In this document: positions 24,490 to 35,144 of the stretch, one piece after another
Numbering within the stretch: the first letter of the stretch is position 1
How the letters are laid out: each line of letters starts with the position of its first letter
Origin: Nemertoderma westbladi
Lineage: Eukaryota > Animalia > Xenacoelomorpha
Direction of reading: 5' to 3'
NCBI GenBank assembly: GCA_032718475.1
Contig: JAUCBJ010007266.1
Location: 1-59,286, forward strand
Length of the DNA stretch: 59,286 bases
Translations under genes and position numbers: made by a program
Notes under the pieces: model-generated
What the model was told of the DNA's origin: nothing
Database searches by the model: none
Seen by the model: the letters and a program-made list of their open reading frames with translations, nothing else

Positions 24490-25690
24490 ATGGAACACAT
24501 TACTACAAGTGAATCGGCCATCGCCTTGCTTATAACCAAATCTATGTTCGCGAACATCTGTTCGGAAAATGATTCGTTTGTGCGGAGATTTCTCGAGGAC
24601 TACCTGGACAGAAACTCGAGTTTTCTTGACGATTATGTCGTTAGGAAGTGTAAGGCAGCTCGTGTTACTGAGTGGCTGCATCGTTTACTCTCTTCTGGGT
24701 TTAACAGCGCCGCCCCCCCGCCCCACCACCTCGGATTTGCGCCACAAACCAACCCAATCGCCGGCCACTGTTCCGGCTACCGGTTACCATCGAGAACAGT
24801 CCGTCGCAGAGTCCGTTAAGGACATCGGCGACGACAAATGGAGGTACTAGGTTCCGCCACAATGCGACCGGAATGGCTTTCCACCCGAAATATCGAAACT
24901 CGAATCAACGCACCCCTCCTACCGAACCTTCCTCTATGCAGCCTGTGGTGAGGTTACAACATCTCAACCAGACAGACTTTCCCGGGAGAACAAATACAAC
25001 TGGATCCGAAACTGAGTCCGATAGACACCAAACCAACCCATATGCCTATTGTTTATGAATCGAGTAATACTACAGCCTGTTCGACTTCATCATCCGATAA
25101 CAACGCATCCTCCTATACCCCCGCAGTAACCACAACCGACTCAATCCATTATTCTAGCCTACCTCTATCACACCAGTCAGATGATCCGCGAATCCCATTT
25201 ATTAAAGCAGAAGATGAACTGGAATATAAACCCGACATAGATGAGGTTGGAGATGGCTTGAAGGAGGTGTTCTTCGCTATAGATAGACAATATGGAATCC
25301 CTTCAGTCACCGGAACTTCGAACTTCGACTCATCTCAGAGTCCCCTTCCGGACTCTAACTCATCGACCCCCCACACCACCCAGGGTCTCTCCCCTCTCAC
25401 TAACTCCCCTACCCCCCACACCACCCAGGGTCTCTCCCCTCTCACTAACTCCCCTACCCCCCACACCACCCAGGGTCTCTCCCCACTCACTAACTCCCCT
25501 ACCCCCCACACCACCCAGGGTCTCTCCCCACTCACTAACTCCCCTACCCCCCACACCACCCAGGGTATCTCCCCACTCACTAACTCCCCTACCCCCATTT
25601 CGACTCAGTCTCTAGGCGGCGTCGACTTAAACATTTCCAACACCTACAACCTCCGTGTAAGACCTAAATCAACAGCAGTTGGCGTCATCG
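24490..25690 (+). CDS. C2H2 zinc-finger gene, putative coding exon 1 (needs frame corrections between ~24715 and ~25045)
   Basis: ATG at 24490. Overlapping ORFs 24484-24819, 24569-24850, 24873-25058 and 25042-25743 have low-complexity S/T/P composition. Phase-1 donor G|GTGAGT at 25690/25691. Confidence 0.55.
25366..25590 (+). repeat. Coding minisatellite, 5 x 45 bp (TPHTTQGLSPLTNSP)
   Basis: ACCCCCCACACCACCCAGGGTCTCTCCCC(T/A)CTCACTAACTCCCCT repeated 5 times in frame. Confidence 0.95.
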
Positions 25691-26099
25691 GTGAGTGGAG
25701 GGAGGGAGGGGGGGGGGGGGGGGGGTCATTGCTGACACCCTAAACTACTAAAAATTTATATTTACTGTAAAAGTAACCTCCCAAGTTTTAGCAGGTTTAC
25801 CATTGTTTAATGGTCGTTCTTAAACAAATTGAATAGTAACCCTTCCGCATGGTATTAACTACAAATAAAACTTCTAATACATTTCCTAATCAAGACAGGT
25901 TTATTTGAATCTCAATGATCGATTTAATTGGTGTAGACATGTTCAAAACAAGAGCAGATTTAGTACTGTAGTACTCTAGCTAGATTGAGCATGTCTGTCT
26001 AACCAATAGTAAATTGTATTTTGTTCAATATGTTGAAAACTACTAATTGTCAGCGGAAAAATCTTTAATTTGAACCGATTGTAATGAATTTTATTGCAG

Positions 26100-26312
26100 A
26101 AGTTTCGAAAGAAATTCAATCGACCAAGTTGGTCGTTGTGTCATCACCCAAACGCAGGATATATGGTACACCACACACCGCTTGGGGTCCCTTCCCAGAC
26201 ACTTTTCCATCGACCCCCCACAACACTGAATCTCAAGGCGACTTCGAATTAAACCCTTCCAACACCTACAACCTCCGGTTAAGACCCAAATCAACAACAT
26301 TTGCCGGTATCG
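26100..26312 (+). CDS. ZNF gene putative exon 2 (3' half paralogous to the end of exon 1)
   Basis: Acceptor TTTTATTGCAG|, donor G|GTGAGT, both phase 1, with an open frame. It ends ..LNPSNTYNLRLRPKSTTFAGIG, compared with exon 1 ..LNISNTYNLRVRPKSTAVGVIG. Confidence 0.7.
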
Positions 26313-26559
26313 GTGAGTTGAGATAATATTGAAAAAAATGTTCCACGTTTTTCCCATGTAATACGTACCTTAGTAATTGTATTCCTAATTTGGTACTTTT
26401 TTGTTGTACTCTTTAACTTCTGATGCTGCACAACGAAATAGTTGACGGTTTTCATTTCAGGCATTTCTGAGATGTTTTAATCTCTCTAGACCGGAGAATA
26501 CATATCGTCCGAGTCCGAGATTCAGTTTAAACGGATTAAAACAAAAGAAATGGGAGACT

Positions 26560-26780
26560 CTCAATGTTTAGACATGTAGCCATCTTGCGGGAGACTATTG
26601 AACTGATGGTGTCAGAAAGTCTCTCTAAAAAATTTCAACTTTTGTTTCTAATGATACAAACTTTTTCGAACTCCGACGGCTTTAAACCCGACAAAGTTAT
26701 TGGCATGTCAAAATCGTAACGACGACGACAAAACTATTTTCCATTATTGACCCAAAACCCGCCCGAAAGCGCCCTAGAAA
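26560..26780. mobile_element. Possible Helitron/Helentron-type non-autonomous remnant
   Basis: TTTCTAATGATAC motif, (ACG)n and a GC-rich end GCCCGAAAGCGCCCTAG. Shares CAAAAT..AACGACGACGACA with 58070-58093. Confidence 0.3.
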
Positions 26781-26790
26781 ATATATACCT

Positions 26791-27767
26791 GGGGCCGGTT
26801 GCATAAAACAACCTCAGCTAAAAGGTGCACCTTAAGTCATACGTGTTGCATTAAAAAAATATCAAAATTCATACTTAAGTAAGTGGCACCTCAGGAACTT
26901 ACGGTGGTCCATAATTTTAAGTGCCACCTTATATTTTTAAGGCGCTACATAACTAAGTGTCACCTTAAATACTTTTAGGTCGGCCTTATCTTTAAGTCTC
27001 ACCTTAAATATTGAATGTAATCAATGCCGAAAATTCACCTTAAATAGATTCGGGTCATACCTTACTAAGTGCTTTATTGAATTCCGTTGCATAAAATATT
27101 TAAGGTCCCACTTCGCTAAGTTCAATTTATATCTAATTTTCCTTAAAAGTGCTTCTTACATCGCAGACATTTTGTTTCAGTTTGTAATATTCTTTCAATT
27201 CGTTCAGTACAAGTTTCGTTTAGTTATTTCAGTTTATAACTAGGGCCTTTATCTTTAAGTGACTCCGCCCTCACCCACACGCCGCAATAAATTATTAATT
27301 AAGCTAAATAATGAAAATAATGTTTTAAGCGAAAGAAAAGCCCGAGCTGCCAATTGGACCAAAAAGGATAGCTGTTTGTTGGCGGAAAACTACGAAAAGT
27401 ACAAACTTTCACATTTTACTTTTCATATATTTCAAAACGCTCACGAAAAAAAATTTAATAATTTATTTACATATAACAATGCATTTAATAAAGCCATGTT
27501 TGACTTTGAGTTTGGCTGATTCGCATCCTATGAACGTCAACAATTCTACAGTATTAAATTATTGTTAGGCCTATCACTTTACTGCTCTTTTAGCCTTTAT
27601 AATGAAAACATGAGATAAGTTGATTTCAGTGCAGTTAAGGTATACAGGGGGCTACATTAAAATGTTGATTTTAAGTTGGAATAAAAGTGTGTATAATACA
27701 AATTTATGCAACTCACTTAAATTTGAGCCAACCTTAACTTAACTTTAAGTTGTCACTTAAAGTTAAT
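26791..27767 (+). mobile_element. PIF/Harbinger non-autonomous element with Myb/SANT remnant
   Basis: Terminus GGGGCCGGTTGCATAAAAC, the same as at 34349 and 52300, with many CACCTTAAG/TTGCATAA subterminal motifs. ORF 27259-27519 contains RKARAANWTKKDSCLLAENYEKYK, resembling the Harbinger Myb-like protein N-terminus. Confidence 0.7.
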
Positions 27768-28228
27768 GGGGGGGGGGGGGGGGGGGGTGGTACATGTTTA
27801 TTAAAACACAGACCATTCTGCCGTTCTCCAGTCTACTACTAAGGGGGCGAACTGTCAGAAAGTGAAAACCTTCTCACATTTCGTTACTTATAATGCTTTT
27901 TAGATGATTCTTTGCAGAGGTCTACAACACTATAGGCTGCGTGTTTGGGGAGGGCGCTGACCAGTCTGTTACAAGGGGGTGAAATAAGTGAAAGTGAAAG
28001 AAAGGTCTGAAATTAAATACATGTTGTTGTTGTGTTTATGTTGTTGTTTATAACCTTTTTGGATTTGCTTTGACAGGTATCTACTACATAGTATAAGCCT
28101 TATTTTGTAGTAGCCTTCCAAGTAAATCTGCTTTTATTTGAGAGAACATTGAGTCTTGTGACTTTTTCTTTTAAGTTACAGTAAATATTTAGTTAATTAA
28201 GGTTTGAATTGTTAAACAAGTTTGTGTG

Positions 28229-28264
28229 CTAGAAAGCTGTGACCGAAGGCCACAGGCTTTCTAG
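28229..28264 (+). mobile_element. Helitron-type 3' terminus (hairpin + CTAG)
   Basis: CTGTGACCGAAGGCCACAG stem-loop followed by GCTTTCTAG|T. The element body probably extends upstream to ~27800. Confidence 0.55.
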
Positions 28265-28302
28265 TAATTAATTAGGATTAGATAATTACAACAGAATAAT
28301 TA

Positions 28303-31147
28303 TAGTCAAGTAGATAAAATAGAGTAGAAAAATATGGGGGGGGGGGGGGGGGGGGTCCGTGTCATCAGAAAATGTCACTATATTAAGTCGTGGTTGTCAA
28401 CATCATATAACTATATTACGGGTCATGGTGTATTTGCAATAATGGGTTACAAATTTTGTAAATAATACATACATAGCGCGGAGTGCACATTTTTGAGCAC
28501 ATCATTGAGGCTAATTAATGCACCGCATACCTCTCTGTCCTCGGTAATACCTGATGCCATATCAGCTCGCTAATACACTCTAGATATGTATCCTCAATAA
28601 GCCGCGGAAGTGAGTTTGAATGTAAATTCGTAGCCAACATATGGATGTAATGGCGTTGCTACTACTACTACAACTTTTTACTACAACATGATGAGTTTCT
28701 GCACAGATTTATTTCCTGATGTAGCAGTGTTCACCGAAACGGATTTTTGATGTTTATGTAGGGTGATGTTAGGTTTACTAACTGGACCGATTATGCATGT
28801 TTCCTGAATTCGGTGACATAATGGCATTTCCAGTAAGTAATTAGTATATTTATTAGTATATATATTAGTATTATTAGTATTAATATTTTATTATTATTAT
28901 TATTAATATATTATTATTAATATATTATTAGTATTAGTATATTGTTATTATTAGTATATATTTATTATTATTTAGATTATTTATTTTTGATGATATAATT
29001 ATTAATTTACAAAAAATAACACTGCATTCATTCGCACTTTGCAACTTGCAACATTCGCACACTTGCAATACAAATTACAAGGCACCTTTAGAGCCTGGCA
29101 ACTACATCTTGCAGTAGAACATAAGGTCTTTGGGAATTGCATCTAAAGGATGCTATTTGTAATATAGGCTCTGGCGCCATTGCTGGTACACCTGGATCTG
29201 GTTTAAGTTTGTTATCGGCCGACAACATCCAACCAAAGTTTGTTGGTTCTAGTGGTGGCTGAATAATGTCCCCAGCAGCTCTTCAGAACAATAACTGCAA
29301 TATCTCGCTTCTTATATGCTGACCTACTTGGCCAGTGTATATATGGTATAATGAGGCATTCCCATCGACCAGTTCCAAGTCTAGGTTCAAGAGTATCACA
29401 ATAATGTGCAATGCAAAATAAAGCCGAATTTTGGCCACTGCGCGCATGCATCCATTTTCATTATTCATCATTTTCATTTTCACTAGCAACATGCTCTCTG
29501 TCCTCAACAAAATTATCATTAATATTAGGTTGCACATGTTCTTTACGAAGGCCCGTTAAGATATTCCTCTCCGCTGGTGATAAAAACATAAAAATATATT
29601 TATATTATATCATAATACTTAGCTCATTTATCATATAAACCAGACATTATCTTATATTTTAGGAATACACAGTGCCGGTGGCTGCCATAAAAATCACCAG
29701 CTACATCAATTTCTATAAATAATCACCTAAGTTTGTGTCTAATCCAAGTAAATTTACAAGTCGGTAGACTATACAGCTATACCATGGTGTTCTTATATTT
29801 AATATTAATATACTGTAGTTTTACTAGTTTTGTTTCACTAGCTAATTAAATCTACTAGCTAGCAAAATACATTAGCTACCGGTACCTGAAATTATTCAGT
29901 TACGATTTCAATTACTCTGAAATCAATTTTTAGTGCTACTTCGATACTACTATCACTACTTCGGTACGGTACTACTTTGGTACTACTACCACACAATGTT
30001 AAAAAATTAATATGCTGTAGGCCTAAACTGTTATACTGTAATATCATCAATATTTTAGGTCATGAATATATTCTGCAACAATTAAAACCTGAAACATCAA
30101 TGTTTTCACATTTTTGTATAATTTCTAAATATACTAGCTAAACTAAAAATAGAACACTAGCTAGCTACCTTAATACATAATATCTACTAATGTTCTCCAA
30201 TACTAACCAACACAAAAATTAAAAAAATTATTTTTAAAATTTAAAAATGCTAGTTAGTAAAAAAAATACTAGCAACCATAAAAAACATAATGTTCGAGAA
30301 CATTCTTCAATACCAAGTAATGGAAGTCCCAGAGGGGTACCGGTATCTTTTCACAAGAAATAATATTATTAGCGCAAATTAGTACAGGGCGAAGTAGTAC
30401 CCACTTTTTAAACAATCACGTCATATTAAATGGTGGCATAAAATAAGTAAAATACAATACCTGCAAAGGTGACGTAACAACTTCGATGGTATCGGGCTCC
30501 CAAAATACTTAAGTCACCAAGCTCACCATCTCCTAAATCCAAACGAATCCTCACTTTCACAGCCAATTCGCGTATCGCAGCAATCTGGTTTCGCAAATAG
30601 CAAGCAATTCCTTCCTAAGGTTGCCATCGCTGCATCTTATCACACGTTTCCAACGTTTAGGATTTTCGGGATCTATCGCCTTACATTCCTCTCCGCAGAT
30701 AAGGCAATCTCTCTCAAAATTAAATGGCACTATGGATCGCAATTTTTTACAAAATTAAATGGGACTATAGATCGCAATATTTAATTGTGTTAGTCGAAGC
30801 TGGTAAGCAATCCCCGCCCCCACCCCTCTTTAGGACCCTTTTCATTGCCTAATGTAACCTATTACATTACTGCTTTGTTTGCATAATTTACTACATAAAC
30901 ATAATATTCTAGAATGTCTAATGTTGTTGCTAACACATTCTCTACATAGATTAACATTTTTTGGTAATTTTGTTATGATTTTACCCTCCAAAGAAACGGC
31001 AATAAAAAAAATTGCTCAACCTTTCCCAAAGTCTTTATAGTGAAAATTTATTGTTATAATGGGGAACAACATCATGAGCAAATAAAATTGCAGTCATACG
31101 CTGGAGAACGGTTCGTCAGTAAAATGTACCAAGCGTCTACTCGACTA
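28303..31147 (-). mobile_element. Internally deleted Academ-like DNA transposon
   Basis: Inverted termini TAGTCAAGTAGA / TCTACTCGACTA. Two - strand remnants lie in the expected order: N-terminal FNFERDCLICGE..ELLAICETR (30557-30742) and, across a frameshift, C-terminal GWMLSADNKLKP..APEPILQI..RC..CSTARCSCQALKVPCNLYCKC (~29035-29235; Cys-rich finger). Confidence 0.6.
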
Positions 31148-31399
31148 TATAGTTTGAAGCTGTGTATAAAATTGCTCGTACACCGGGCTACGCTTAAGCT
31201 TTCACTTAACTCGTAGGCCTTCTGTTTTATCCTTTGAATGGTAGAACAATACTTCCCTCATTAATTTAGCATTGTATTGTTATTGTATATCCTTGTTTGT
31301 AATTGGATAAGTTCTTCTCCAACTCTTATCAAGTAACCAATGAAGTGTGCGAAGGCCCATAATAATTTAATTTTTAAAATTTCTAAACTATTGAATGTT

Positions 31400-31560
31400 G
31401 AATGACTACATATGTAGCAAGTATGGTTTAATTTCATCAACGATTGACCGAGATAATAGGGATCAAAACTTTGATAACGATGGCCGATGGCCACAGACAG
31501 ACAACCCGATATTGGAACCACTATGCAAAGGCTAAGACTTAGTGGCTCGCCCCACAAGTA
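31400..31560 (+). mobile_element. Helentron/HINE-like interspersed repeat end
   Basis: AATTTCATCAA..GATTGACCGA..GACAGACA..GACTTAGTGGCTCGCCCCACA is homologous to 58025-58156. Confidence 0.45.
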
Positions 31561-32201
31561 GTATTAGCAAATAAGTCATAGACCACTGGCTTTGCCGAAG
31601 ATAATAAAATGATCCATGGCCAGATGCGTTGCAGTCATTTCTCTAAAATATTATTTGAGGCGCTGAATCTTTCTGCCAAATAGTAACCATACATGTGTGC
31701 TACATAATAAAAATATTTATTTACCAATTGATGGAAAGGAGAACTTTAGGCCTACGGAAGGATTTTATGTGACTTGCTTAAAGGCGTCTTGAGATACTCT
31801 AGTAGTAATAATGGAATTTTCCAACATTTTCTTTCTGTAGCGTTTTATTAAACAATCTTTGGTGCCAATTTCGTACTTAATATAAAAGTAACCAACAAAA
31901 CCAAATTGGCACCATTCCAAAATTGATTTTAACAATATTAGGAAACGATCTAAAGATACCTACTACATTATCGGTTGTCTTTATTCCTAAAATAGGTTTT
32001 AATTTGATTTTGAGTGAAATTTGTTTAATATAGTCAGTCCCTGATGCTGTATTATGTCCACATGTTATGGTATTGTAATTAAAATTTTAGAAATTAATTT
32101 AATTTTAAACTAATGTAATCCAGTTAAGTATTGTTGATTAATTAATGCATTACTTCTGCAATGTTCTGATTTTAATAAATATTTTGTATTATTTTCTCTA
32201 G

Positions 32202-33688
32202 GCAGCCAATCGCAACCCTCCTCTGATTATTCAGACATGCCCACTTCCGAAGATGACGTACAACCCGGAAGTATGAATAATTCCTTCAACCAACCGGGTC
32301 CCTCTGGGATTCAACCACAGGACAATGTGAAAATAAGCCGCTCCAATGATAAATCGTTCAGTTGTGATACTTGTGGTAAAACATTTGCAAAGAACAGACG
32401 ACTAATTATACACAAACGGATCAACACTTGCGGGCGTCCGTATGAGTGCGGTATCTGTAACAAACGTTTCTCTCGCATAAGTAACCTAAATTCACACAAA
32501 CGAACACACAGTGGCGACAAACCGTATAACTGCAACCTGTGTGAGAAACGTTTCTCCCGACCATTTAGCCTAACCAACCATAAGCGAACACACAGTGGCG
32601 AAAAACCGTTTAACTGCAACCTGTGCGAGAAACGTTTCTCTCAACAATCCACCCTAACCAACCATAAGCGAAAACATAGTGGCGAGAGACCATATAACTG
32701 CAACGTGTGCCAGAAACGTTTCTTTCATCAACACCACCTAACCAACCATAAGCGAATACACAGTGGCGAGAGACCATATAACTGCAACTTGTGTGAGAAA
32801 CGTTTCTCTCAACGATGCACCCTAACCAACCATAAACGAATACATAGTGGCGAGAGACCATATAACTGCAACGTGTGCCAGAAACGTTTCTTTCATCAAC
32901 ACCACCTAACCGACCATAAGCGAACACACAGTGGCGAGAAACCGTATAACTGCAACCTGTGTGAGAAACGTTTCTCCCGACCATTTAGCCTAACCGAGCA
33001 TAAGCGAATACACATTGGCGAAAGACCGTATAACTGTAATGTGTGTCAGAAACGTTTCTTTCAACTACGCACCCTAACCAACCATAAGCGAACACACAGT
33101 GGCGAAAGACCGTATAACTGCAACCTGTGCGAGAAACGTTTCTCTCGACCAAGCCACCTAACCGACCATAAGCGAACACACAGTGGCGAAAAACCGTTTA
33201 ACTGCAACATGTGCGAGAAACGTTTCTCTCAACAATCCACCCTAACCAAGCATAAGCGAACACACAGCGGCGAGAGACCATATAACTGCAACCTGTGTGA
33301 GAAACGTTTCTCTCAACTATGCACCCTAACCAACCATAAGCGAACACACAGTGACGAAAGACCGTATAACTGCAACCTGTGCGAGAAACGTTTCTCCCAA
33401 CGATGCAACCTAACCATTCATAAGCGAATACACAGTGGCGAAAAACCGTATAACTGCAACCTGTGTGAGAAACGTTTCTCCCAACGATGCAACCTAACCA
33501 TTCATAAGCGAATACACAGTGGCGAAAGACCGTATAACTGCAACCTGTGCGAGAAACGTTTCTCCCAACGATGCACCCTAACCAACCATAAGCGAACACA
33601 CAGTGGCGAGAGACCATTCGTGTGCGACAGGTGCGGAATGGGATTTACGCAGAACTGCAATCTAAACGCTCACAAGCGTACACATTAG
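32202..33688 (+). CDS. ZNF gene terminal exon: 16 tandem C2H2 zinc fingers (first one degenerate)
   Basis: Acceptor ATTTTCTCTAG| is phase 1 and in frame with ORF 32237-33688. CxxC-x12-HxxxH fingers with SGE(K/R)P linkers. AATAAA signals at ~33742 and ~33775. Confidence 0.93.
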
Positions 33689-34348
33689 GGTTCGCAGCAG
33701 TTTCGCTACGATAATCTCAGATAAAGTAGACCAACTTTAGCAATAAATAAATATTCTGAATCTTGACTGTGCGAATAAATTTTATATGTTGTTGTTGTTG
33801 TTAAACCTCTTGACCAAATATAACCTACCAGAGATTAAGTCGATAGCAACATCCGTTGTTTAAATTCCTTTCTTCAATATCAATAGTTTTTAGTTTCATT
33901 GTGTTCAATCAAATAAAATTGACATTGTTATAAGATAAAATGTGCACAGCATGAATAAAAACAGATCAATATGGGTCATATAAAGTATTGGTAAAGTAAG
34001 GCTGCAGTAGACAGTGAGATACATGGGGAATTACAATGATACTCAACGTATACTATACAATTATAAAACCAATGTTTAATTGTTTATAGATACTGAAACA
34101 TATAATTTATTTATGGTTATAGTTCGCCACTCAGATTGCGTCAAAAACCACGTTTATATTTAGACATAAAACTCCCACTGTGTTTACGGGTGAAACATAT
34201 CATGCTAATGAGACGGTAGATAATAATTGTAATGGTTAAAACATATGGCTTAATATTATAACAACAGAAGAATATGGTATGGTACCTATGCACTGTTTAT
34301 ATACCTCATTGTGTAGAGGGCGGAACCCAAGTAGATTGTAAATGATCT

Positions 34349-34600
34349 GGAGCCGGTTGCATAAAACTCCCTTAAACTTAAGTCAAACTTAGAACAATTG
34401 TGCGACTTAAATAGAGAAGTTCAACTTACATAAGTCAGCCTCTATGTCAGTTGCATAATCACTTCTTTCAAATAACTTATGTAAGTTCAACTTATCTAAG
34501 TTTAATCCATTGCACTGAAGTTTACTAAAATTTTTACATTCATAAGTTATTGTGCTGCTTTAGTTTCCCTGGGTGATTGGTTGGTTTTCTTCAGCTGTCA
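34349..34600. mobile_element. PIF/Harbinger-like element, left end
   Basis: GGAGCCGGTTGCATAAAAC TIR with AACTTA..TAAGT subterminal motifs. Inverted partner at 52282-52300. Confidence 0.65.
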
Positions 34601-34859
34601 CCAATAGCATAGCGCATAGGCATTGTGCATTCTCAACCGACTCACTATCCTACAGTATGCTATATCCATCTTTCTGACTCTGCTGTATTGAAATTGAAAG
34701 AATTAGAACGATAGTGGAGGTAGGTATGTCGATTGTAGAGGTATAGTTGGTCAATAGCTTAGCGGTGTCACAGCATATTTGGCAAGATTATAATAATAGC
34801 TTAGTCTTACTGTTACTACTAACAAATAGCGCAATAGCAATAAATCACATTTTAATAGT

Positions 34860-34898
34860 CCGAAACGTTTCGATATATTAACTTTATATCATCATCGG
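34860..34898 (-). ncRNA. Minimal type-I hammerhead ribozyme-like motif (core variant CCGATGA)
   Basis: CCGATGA-T-GATATA-aagttaa-TATATC-GAAACGTTTC, with a perfect stem II and a palindromic stem III region. Confidence 0.45.
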
Positions 34899-35023
34899 TG
34901 GAGTGGAGTTATAAATAAACAAATTAGTTAAATTGAAAACTGTAAACTAGATTAATACTATCCTCTTTTGTATTAATCTAGTTTACAGTTTTAAATTTAC
35001 CTCTTTGTTTATTTGTAACTCTA

Positions 35024-35060
35024 CTGAGGATGTTATAAAGTTAATATATCGAAAAGTTTT
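35024..35060 (+). ncRNA. Minimal type-I hammerhead ribozyme-like motif
   Basis: CTGAGGA-T-GTTATA-aagttaa-TATATC-GAAA-AGTTTT. Stem II has one mismatch. Confidence 0.45.
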
Positions 35061-35144
35061 GCTATTGACTATTAAATTGTTTCTTATTGCTTTTGCGCTA
35101 TTGTTTGTACTAAGACATCGATTCCCAACTGAAACTACTATAAC

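Larger units (their letters stand above)
34820..35105. mobile_element. Penelope-like palindromic remnant carrying two hammerhead-like cores
   Basis: Imperfect ~285-bp palindrome centred at ~34964, with 23-bp perfect inner arms (34936-34958 / 34970-34992). Each arm has C(T/C)GA(T/G)GA-T-stem-GAAA. Confidence 0.6.

Noticed and set aside
26461-26580. Additional ZNF exon after TTTCATTTCAG
   Set aside because: The phase-1 reading hits a stop after about 6 codons. At best it is a decayed or alternative terminal exon.
32311-33617. Antisense ORFs and 84-bp periodicity resembling a CRISPR or other repeat array
   Set aside because: These are shadows of the tandem zinc-finger codons. There are no unique spacers and no cas genes.
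32237-33688. PRDM9 orthologue
   Set aside because: No PR/SET, KRAB or SSXRD sequence was recognised in the upstream exons.
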